Source: Octopus vulgaris (taxonomy: Eukaryota). From it: a stretch of DNA of 64,000 nucleotides. The position numbers and the translations under genes are program-made. Location of the stretch: the NCBI GenBank assembly GCA_951406725.2, contig OX597818.1:141174001-141238000 (forward strand), in the 5' to 3' direction. Below, one piece after another: positions 55,232-64,000 of this stretch. The notes under the pieces are model-generated. The model worked only from the letters and a program-made list of their open reading frames with translations. It was not told the origin of the DNA and did no database searches. Position 1 is the stretch's first letter; every line of letters begins with the position of its first letter.

Positions 55232-55430
55232 TCAAATTTGGCACAAAACCAGCAACTTTGTGGGTGAGAGTAAGTCCAATGCCAGTGTTCAACTGGTACT
55301 TATTTTATCGACCCCGATAGGATGAAAGGTAAAGTCGACCTCCGCAGAATTTGAACTCAGAACGTGAAGACGGATGAAATGCCGCTAAGTATTTTGCCAG
55401 GCGTGCTAACGATTCTGCCGACTCGCCATC
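55232..55430 (-). mobile_element. tRNA-derived SINE copy
   Basis: Contains AAAGTCGACCTCCGCAGAATTTGAACTCAGAAC and GCTAACGATTCTGCC. Confidence 0.75.
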
Positions 55431-55839
55431 TCGAAAACATATTCTAATATTACGAGGATAACTCAGCAACATCTAACATTTCATGAAAAGCAATTCCTTG
55501 GAGAAACCTTGAAAACCTATGCTTCAAGCATTAGATATCGGCCTTAATAATGTTGTCATATAACAAATGGTTTTGTTCTCTGTGGCATATTTGGCATGCA
55601 TTGTAATTAATATGGCTGCTGAGTTCTTTTTCATTCAAATTGCTAACTAAAATTTAAAATTAAAATGACTAGTATTAAGTAAACTAGCATTGTATAATTT
55701 GGTTGTGATCAAACATACACTTAAAATACGAAGTTTTCTGCAAATTGCGAGGCGCGTTCAAAAGGTATATGACTTTATTTTTTCCTGCCAAATCTAACGG
55801 CTCGTGGGCAAAATTTTTTGGGTGGAAGATGACGTCACC

Positions 55840-55975
55840 CTTCCTGTGCAGCGGTCCGATCATCACTACAAACTTGGCCGACAGACGGATTTGTCCCACA
55901 CGTGACAGCAGCATTTCAATATAACCCACAAGTCAGCAATGCCCGGACACTGAACGAGGACGTGCAGAAGGGCTT
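55840..55975 (-). pseudogene. Short Tx1/L1 ORF2 C-terminal fragment
   Basis: DLWGYIEMLLSRVGQIRLSAKFVVMIGPL, nearly identical to 57290-57390. Confidence 0.7.
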
Positions 55976-55978
55976 TCC

Positions 55979-56133
55979 TTTTTGTGCCTTATTATTTAAC
56001 ACGCTCACCGGTAAAATTTCCACTTATTTCTTATTGTTATTTTCCTAAAATTTTTCTTGCGTCTTGCAAACTTTTCAATAAGAAATAAGTAGAAATTTTA
56101 CCGGTGAGTTTGTTAAATTATAAGGCACAAAAA
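55979..56133. mobile_element. Small MITE with ~57-bp TIRs
   Basis: TTTTGTGCCTTATTATTTAACACGCTCACCGGTAAAATTTCCACTTATTTCTTATTG, with its imperfect reverse complement at 56076-56133. Confidence 0.8.
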
Positions 56134-56159
56134 GAAAATGACTCTCCCCAGACACAACA

Positions 56160-56236
<77 letters not shown>

Positions 56237-56253
56237 TTAATAATAATAATAAT

Positions 56254-56647
56254 AGTTTGACAAGCTCAGAAAATATAAAGACCAACTCATTGAAATTGAG
56301 AAAATGTGGCATCTCAAGGCGGTTATAATACCAGTGATCGTAGGAGCACTAGGAATGATCAAGAAGGGAATCGAAAATTATATGAGAATGATCCCTGGCT
56401 TACCATCCCTGCAAGAAGTGCAAAAGATTGTCTTAACTGGTACATCACACGTATTGAGAAGAGCATTGTCGATGTGAGAATTATTACTACCCATGTATTT
56501 TAATTTAACTAAAAAAAAAAGAAAATGAACGAACTATTGAGTTTAGTTTAATGGCCTACCAATGTATACTATGAGTTTCTTTGCCCTAGGAGTCGGGAAG
56601 ACACTCGGCAAGAAATGGAAGCAAATTTGAAAGAAGAAAAAAAAAGT
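56254..56647 (+). mobile_element. 5'-truncated R4/Dong-type LINE 3' end inserted in (AAT)n
   Basis: Open frame DKLRKYKDQLIEIEKMWHLKAVIIPVIVGALGMIKKGIENYMRMIPGLPSLQEVQKIVLTGTSHVLRRALSM*. It has an A-rich end and (AAT)n on both flanks. Confidence 0.8.
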
Positions 56648-56734
56648 AATAATAATAATAATAATAATAATAGTTTCAACTTTTGCCACAAGGGCAGCAA
56701 TTTTACATGATAATAATGATGATGATGATGATTT

Positions 56735-57895
56735 AAGTTATTTGCCACTTTGATGATGGGGACAATACAGAGACAGACATAAAGTGTGGGTGTTTATATA
56801 TAATAATGAAATGATGAATAAAATAGGAATTAAAAGAGTATCACGGTATACATTGTAAGAGAAGGGACATATGCATAGCATACAAAGATAAAAATAAATA
56901 AACTGACAGGTAGAATGATAGAGATGTGGAAGCACTCCTGATACAGGAATGCCTCTAGGAATAATCGAGGAACGCCACTGTCCGAGATTTCCCTGAAAAT
57001 CTAGGAGCAAGTGGTTTCTCCAATTTCTCTTCTTCAACTCACAGGTCTACACTTAGAGAAGTACCATCTACTCTACATTTTCGCAACATTCATCCACCTT
57101 TCAAAAACTCACTCGAGGACAGCACATCCCTCTCTACTCTCAATTTCCTTATCAAGTGAAACTTGAAAAAGTCAATGAGAGCTCTACCAAAGAGAAATGT
57201 ATCAGTACTCATTCCTTTCAGTCTTGTCCACCAAACAACCCATTTCTGTACAGCGACCAGGCAAAGGAAAACTGCCTTACCTGCACGATTGAAGGTGGGC
57301 AGCGGTCCGATCATCATTACAAACTCGGCCGACAGACGGATCTGTCCCACACGTGACAGCAGCATTTCAATATAACCCACAAGTCAGCAATGCAGAAGGG
57401 CGTGCAGAAGGGCTTCGTCACTCTACGCACACCTCGGACAAGTCCGTCTGAAAGCACATCTGTGCCAGTAGAGTTTATCTCGAACCGGCAGCGCTCTCCT
57501 GTAGACTGCCAGGCCAAGGAAATCTGGAAATTATCCACGATAGTTCCCGACCGGAAGTCCTCCGGAACAGACTAGCTAGTTCGTTCTCGTCCGCGCCCTG
57601 AGTTACCCCAAGAACGTCGTCACTCTTCCCCGCCACTATTCCTCTATAAATTTATAAAGAGGTACATCCACTGATCTTACTGCCCGACTGGTAAAGGGTT
57701 ATGAGCACCTGACGACATTCTAGGCACCAGGCGCCCAGTCTCGGTTATTTCTTGACCCAAGACAGCAGCTCTGTCAAGGAGATGAGCTGCGGAAAGATGA
57801 GCCTTACAAATGAGGCCCACACACGCTCACCGTGCAGAAATCGTATCAGGTAGCATAAATTAAGATCATATTTGCGCATAAGGAGTTACGGCTTC
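56735..57895 (-). mobile_element. Tx1/L1-clade LINE 3' remnant
   Basis: ORF 57090-57380 is homologous to 43196-43513. Upstream frames read DNFQISLAWQ. The 3' UTR ends at (ATC)n. Confidence 0.75.
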
Positions 57896-57899
57896 CCTA

Positions 57900-58735
57900 A
57901 TCAATTCCATATAGCCACAACAGAAGTTGCTGAAAAAAATAGTTGGGATTGGCTGATGAAAGGAACACTAAAAAGAAGAGACCGAAAGCACTACACTGAC
58001 TGTGCAAGACCAAGCTTTGGTCACGAAGTGGAGGATCAACTCTAGGAATGAGCAAGTGTCTCCGTTGTGCCGCATCTGCAATAGGGTGGATGAAACCATT
58101 GCCCATAACACGAATGAATGCCCTACAGTTTCCCGAAACCACTACAAATTGTGACGACACGATCAAATAGTGAAAGTTCTACATTGGAAACTGTGAGAAA
58201 AGTGGAAGCTAGAGAAAGGCAAGACATGGTATGAACACAAACCACAGAGTGGCGGAGTCGGAGACTAGTAGAATCTTCTGGGATGTCCCAGTCGAAACAG
58301 ATCAGGTGTTAGAGCATAACAAGCAGCACCTAGTAGTGATGGACAAGGTGCACCACATATACTATATAGTTAATGTTCCCCTTTGACCCACGGATAGTCA
58401 AGAAGGAAGTCGAAAAGACAGATAAAAACAACCCTTTTAAGAACGGCTATGTAAAATGAAGAAGATGAAGATAGTGCCGATTATTGTTGGGTCGTTGGGA
58501 ATAGTAACAGAAGGCATCAAGGGGAATATACTGGAAATTAGAATAGAGTGTCCCGTAGGACTGTTACAAAAGGTTTGCCTTCTTGGTACGGCCAGAATAA
58601 TCAGGAAAGTATTAGATAGCTGAAAAGAAGGGATAACATAGTACCGTAGGCTGCAGGTAGTTAGCCCGCTATGCATGTAAGAATCAAGAAGTTCGCACAA
58701 AACCTGTTATAATGAGAATCAATAAAAAACAATAA
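57900..58735 (+). pseudogene. R4/Dong-type LINE zinc-knuckle and RLE remnant
   Basis: KETESTTLTVQDQAL...DETIAHNTNECP...RHDQIVKVLHWKL...WYEHKP...RIFWDVPVETDQVLEHNK...KIVPIIVGSLG...LLQKVCLLGTARIIRKVLDS*. Confidence 0.8.
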
Positions 58736-59665
58736 TTTTAACAGCCCATTTTGAAACAGATCCAGTTATATATAAGAACATGTAATGTATTGGGTTAAAT
58801 ATCACTTGGAACAAAAAAGGATTGAAACTGCATGTTCTTCGATTTCTGCCTGAAGCATTCGATTTTTTTTCAGTTTTCTATATTTAAAGGTTACTTAACC
58901 CAATATATCCCATAGCATTGCTTATAACAGGGTTTACTTTAATGCCCACAGTTGGAAGACATTACGTTCTCCACACAAAATTTTACCTTTAATGTTTTTC
59001 TGAGAAAAATCGATCCTGCCAGATTTCACACTTAATTTATTGAATAATCATATAACACTACTTCCTATACGTATTATACAAGAGTGATGATTTTCTGATC
59101 ACTAATCTTTCAAGTGCGAGAAATATTATACGCTTCTGAAGAGGACTAAGGCAGAAACATATACAAAGTTGTCCCCCGTATTTGCTAAAATCATATTAGT
59201 TTCCTAACGGCATAATTATTAAAGATAGAAAACCTTTCGCCGCTGTGGTGCTTCTATTTTCTTTTCTTCACAACATGAGTTTTATAGATTAAAATTTTGT
59301 CATCACTATATTTAAATATGATGACACTGACTTGCAAATTAACGAAAATATGTTACGTAGACGCTTGTTTCCATGGTTACACTAAAATTAGGTTTTAAAT
59401 AGAGTTCTTTGCATTCCTAAGATATCTACATGTGTATAGTTTGGCTTATTACTACTGCATCTAAGTTTCTAATAGATATTGGCATTGCAATATTATTTCA
59501 GATATGCTGACAGAGGTTTCCTTGTTCTTATTAATGTTTATATATTTGCTTTATATTGATATTGTAAGTTTTTTTCGTTGACGTTTTATGTTGTGGGCGT
59601 TGTGATTATCATAGTTATGGCAACTATCTATCTGCTTACTCCTCTTTCTCTCTCTCTCTCTCTCT

Positions 59666-59699
<34 letters not shown>

Positions 59700-59885
59700 A
59701 TCTATTTCTCACCGCTCTGCACGCTCATACACGCAGTGGCTATGTCGATTGACAGACAAAATAATTGGTTAATGTGACAGTCGTGTTAGTGTTACAGAAT
59801 TATTATATTGATTAGGATAATTAATAAGATTGATTACTTAACAAACTGTTTCTTAACAGCAATATCGATATATAGATCGATAGAC

Positions 59886-59958
<73 letters not shown>

Positions 59959-59989
59959 GACAGACAGACAGGCAGGCAGATAGATAGAT

Positions 59990-60043
<54 letters not shown>

Positions 60044-60634
60044 GGTGAGTGTGCGTTTGTGTGAGTGTGTGTATGCGCGCATGCATTCGTGCGTGCGTGT
60101 GCATCTATGGAAATATAAGAAATTATCTCTTACGGTAGGAGTCGGTGAGTACCGCGCCTCACTTAATTTAAAGACAGAATAGTAAAATACTTTTACATAT
60201 TCATACACGCATATAGCTATATTTCAGCATATATATTTGCATGTCTGCGTGTGTTGTTTGTGTGTGCGCTTGTGTGTTTGTTTGAGTGTGTGAGTATGTG
60301 CGTGTGCAAGCGTGCATGTATGTATATGTTTATGTTTATGTAAACGTTAATATATATATATACATATGACTGTGTTCATGTGTTTGCGCATTTGTAGCTT
60401 TTCAAAATGCATATATTCAGTCAATTCTTTCTATAAAAATATCACCCTGGATTCCAATGAAATTACTAAATTACATGAGAGAAATTTCAGTAACTAGAGT
60501 AGTGAAGAGTTACATCTTAAAATTAAAATACCTTCCATATATTCACAGCTTCACCTATACTTTATTCTTACAAATTCCGAGTTAGAAGAACTTTACATAT
60601 AGTTATTGGGATGCAAGTGACACAAAATTGGTTG

Positions 60635-60845
60635 CAAATTTTGGCATAAGGCCAGCAATCTAGGCGCTGGAGTTAAGTCGATTACATCAAACCCCAGTTT
60701 TTTAATGGTACTTATTTTATCGACCTTGAAAGAACAAAAGATAATATTGACCACGGCAGAATTAGAACTCAGTAGGTAAAGATGGACGAAATGCCGCTAA
60801 GCATTTTGTCCGACGCACTAACAATTCTGCCCGCTAGCAGCCTTC
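60635..60845 (-). mobile_element. tRNA-derived SINE, diverged copy
   Basis: Contains GGTACTTATTTTATCGACC and GGACGAAATGCCGCTAAGCATTTT. Confidence 0.7.
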
Positions 60846-61706
60846 CAAGTGGTACAAAATTAAAAACTATTCTTCTATCAAATTATATTATTGTAAAAAT
60901 GATTACTTACAAACGTAATACATTAATAATGTAGATGTGGACAATGCTTTGAATTGGTGTTTACAACTGTGTTTTCGTAATGGATATCTAAAAAGGCTGA
61001 ATTTATTTAAATATACCGTATGAGTCTCACCGGAAAATATTTCAATGATGAAATCTTTGAAAACGCTTCCTTTTGAAGCGAAGCGTAATTTCTATCCGTT
61101 ACAGTAGTCGTAATGGTGTGTGGCCTCTGATCTAAATGTTTTCTGCAGTCTCACACTTTGTTATGATGTGTACTTTTACAGACTGCAAACACTTTTCCCC
61201 TTACCCCCATTTTTTTTTCTATTTTGAAAAGAAATAAAGCAAACTATTCAATCTCAAAATGTATATAAAGCATCACTCGCTACCACATTTTTTCACCTCC
61301 ACTCTGTATTCTTTGAGTTTTCTCTGACACATTTCACTTGTAAAGCAAATCATATTCCTTCCCCCATTTTTTTTTTTGGTTTTTCGTTTTGTTTAGTAGT
61401 GTTGCTCGTATTATTAGAGGTATAAATATATAGATATTGATTTTCCCCTATAATACGAATACAGAATATATCCCATATGTCAATGAAGCGCTGTAGAGTA
61501 ACACTAAAAAGCGATTATAATAGGAACTTGATTTTAAACCTATGTGTGTATGGGGGAGGGAGTTTATACATTTAGGGATTCCTTAAAAATAGAAACGTGT
61601 TGCATATTTGTATTTAATGCTGTCCCCGGTGTAAGGTCCCCTTTCTGCACCAATTGATAAAGTAGACATAAGTTGTAATATAGGACGTACCACTACGATC
61701 AGTAAA

Positions 61707-61757
<51 letters not shown>

Positions 61758-61865
61758 GAAGTACATAGAAACTTAGACACCTAAATTTTATAAAAAATAC
61801 TCACATATATCTGTGTGTATGTATGTATATATATATATAAAAATGTGTGTGTGTGTGTACGTATG

Positions 61866-61921
<56 letters not shown>

Positions 61922-61939
61922 CATATATATATATATATA

Positions 61940-61976
<37 letters not shown>

Positions 61977-62220
61977 AGGGAGAGTTTACGAAAAAAAACA
62001 AAAGACGAAGACAGGTGGTGTACAAAGCAAACAGATGTATTAGTATAACGCTCAGGAATAGGAAAAGTTTTCTACGCTTCGAGCCTACGCTTTTCTACAG
62101 AAAGACACACAGAAAAAAATGTGTGTAGTGGCTAACGATCTATATATACAAAGACATTTTTCAGAACGAGATAAAAAAAAACCAAGGCTGTGAAGATTTT
62201 AGAACATTTATAATTAGAAG

Positions 62221-62268
62221 GCCTTACAGCTGTTTCCAGGATATCTATTATATCCCTTCATCGGAGAC
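62221..62268 (-). ncRNA. Hammerhead-like motif (CCGAUGA core) next to a PLE RT remnant
   Basis: GTCT-CCGATGA-A-GGGATAT-AATAG-ATATCCT-G-GAAA-CAGCTG-TA-AGGC. Confidence 0.5.
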
Positions 62269-62619
62269 GCTGTGAGAAAATTGTTAAGTAATAGTTAATT
62301 TAGATAAGATACGAAATAGAGAGTGAAATGGAGGAATGAAAATATATGTGAGATATGCAGGGATATTGCATTTGTAGATCCATTATTTAGGCAGAATGGT
62401 ATACATATAAGATTCCAATACTTTGTGAGTAAATTGTTCATTCCAAGTATAAAGTTTGTACACAGTGCTATTGAATCAAGGGTTTTATTTATTCCTTCCT
62501 ACAATTCGACATAAATAATTACTACTCTTCTAATTTTCCTAAACTTCTTAATCAAGCTCTTCTTCTAGCTAGGGACCTTACTAACCTCAGCCCACTAGAA
62601 ATTAACATAAAACGTAATG

Positions 62620-62890
62620 CCCGTAAATCTCTTATTTCTTTTGAAAGCAAACTCTGGTGTCAGGCCAATAACCGCAGCAATAATCATAGCAACCTATTTG
62701 ACATAACCATGGGATCATCTTATTCAGCTCAGGTCACTGACTTACTTGGACTATATGTACTACATCACCTCCATATACTTTTTCCTGGGGAGGCCTATAC
62801 AGGGACGATGCTTTTTTAGTTACCAAAAGCATAAATAAATCCTCCTTAAGAACTTCAAAGGATCTACACAATATACTTTAAGGTGATTTA
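62620..62890 (+). pseudogene. Penelope-like reverse transcriptase remnant
   Basis: LFDITMGSSYSAQVTDLLGLYVLHHL...GGLYRDDAFLV matches the PLE RT motifs FDVTMGS...GLY and GLYRDD. Confidence 0.75.
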
Positions 62891-62991
62891 CTAGCCCCAT
62901 ACATTTCGATACATATATGTGTGTGTGTGTGCGTGTGTGTATGTATGTATGCATATATATGTATGTAGATATATATATATATACACATATA

Positions 62992-63027
<36 letters not shown>

Positions 63028-63166
63028 TCAATAAATGGTGGGGTTGTGTTGACCGCACGTGGAGAAATGATAAGTAAGGAAAAATTTTTTTTAAAAATGC
63101 AGAATGCTCAAATGAAAGAAAAATTTTTATAAAATGAGAAAATGATAAAATATATAAATGTATATT

Positions 63167-63207
63167 TATTCAACCGGTTTTCGTCATTGTATGACTTGTC
63201 AAGAATA
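63167..63207 (-). ncRNA. Hammerhead motif with U3:A8 core (one extra A) downstream of a PLE endonuclease
   Basis: TATTC-TTGACAA-GTCA-TACAA-TGAC-GAAA-A-CCGG-TT-GAATA. Confidence 0.55.
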
Positions 63208-63838
63208 TTTATGTTTTAAGAAGTTTTTTTAAAATTAGAAAGGGGAAAAAAAGAAAATTGCATTGTTTTTTGTAAAAGAATAATGATAAAAATGTACAAA
63301 AATTAAAAAATAAGTTCTCCGATACATTGTGAGTTCGTTGTGTATCTTGCGTTTTATGGTTGTTTACGAAAAAATTACCTTGAGGTGTTAAGATCCAAAG
63401 GGATTAAGAGCATGTGTTGTGTTGTGTTGTTAAATTCAGCATGTTTGCAGGACAGGAAGTAGTAGTAATTGTGGTCCTGGTTCTTCAGTTCCTGTGTTGT
63501 GAGTAAGGGGAGACAACTCTTTTGAGTTCTTCAATAAAACCCAAATTATAAAACTATCATTTTAGCTTCATTTGCATTATCTTTTTTATATAATTGCTTG
63601 TTAACTTAACTTTCAGATTTTAACACTTTATTTATATTATTTTCTAATAATATAAATCTGCATAGACAATTGCATTTCAAATTGTCATATCATTTATAAT
63701 AAAAATGATAGTAATAACAACAATAGTAAAAATGATATTTAAAGAATATAAGTTTTAGCTTGAAGTGATGAATGCATGGTATCTTTATATATTTGTGTTA
63801 GTCCATCCATGAAAAGTGAGGTAGAGAAAGGAAGTTTG

Positions 63839-64000
63839 ATCAACGAGGAGTTTGCATATTAAGTTGTGTTTGGAATTTTTCAATAAAGAGATTCTCCTTG
63901 TTAATTCTCTCCTGTGTGGTGATCCCGTCTTTACATTGGTAGAAGGGGAATATATAGAATTTGGGGTTTAAGTCTTTAGCACATGAGTCTAAGTGGTCAC
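63839..64000 (-). pseudogene. Penelope-like GIY-YIG endonuclease C-terminus (runs off the window edge)
   Basis: Minus-strand DHLDSCAKDLNPKFYIFPFYQCKDGITTQERINKENLFIEKFQTQLN matches the R..KE..FI.KF...LN terminal motif. Confidence 0.7.

Noticed and set aside
59133-59170. CTGAAGA...GAAA motif (similar one at about 46396-46430)
   Set aside because: Helices I and II are not convincingly formed.

Overview
This is an AT-rich, microsatellite-saturated eukaryotic intergenic or intronic window. The SINE families and the (TA)n/(TACA)n/(GATA)n density suggest an octopus-like cephalopod genome (inference). I found no intact host gene; most listed ORFs are translations of simple repeats. The window is a patchwork of transposon remnants: tRNA-derived SINEs, Tx1/L1 ORF2 3' ends, three ORF1-only zinc-knuckle elements, R4/Dong-type LINE ends, Penelope-like (PLE) RT and GIY-YIG fragments, Helitron/Helentron and mariner fragments, and MITEs. 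The standout feature is a nearly homogeneous 363-bp tandem array (51005-52584, about 4.35 units) sitting in a (TA)n tract. Each full unit carries a type I hammerhead ribozyme fold with a non-canonical UUGAAAA core (U3:A8 instead of C3:G8) and a palindromic minimal helix III. The array also has a 26-nt inverted segment at its 5' junction. This fits a young non-LTR retrozyme that could yield a 363-nt circular RNA. Several other hammerhead folds are scattered through the window, including two more with U3:A8 cores in unrelated sequence, some next to PLE fragments. All calls were made by eye; no alignment, folding or database search was run.
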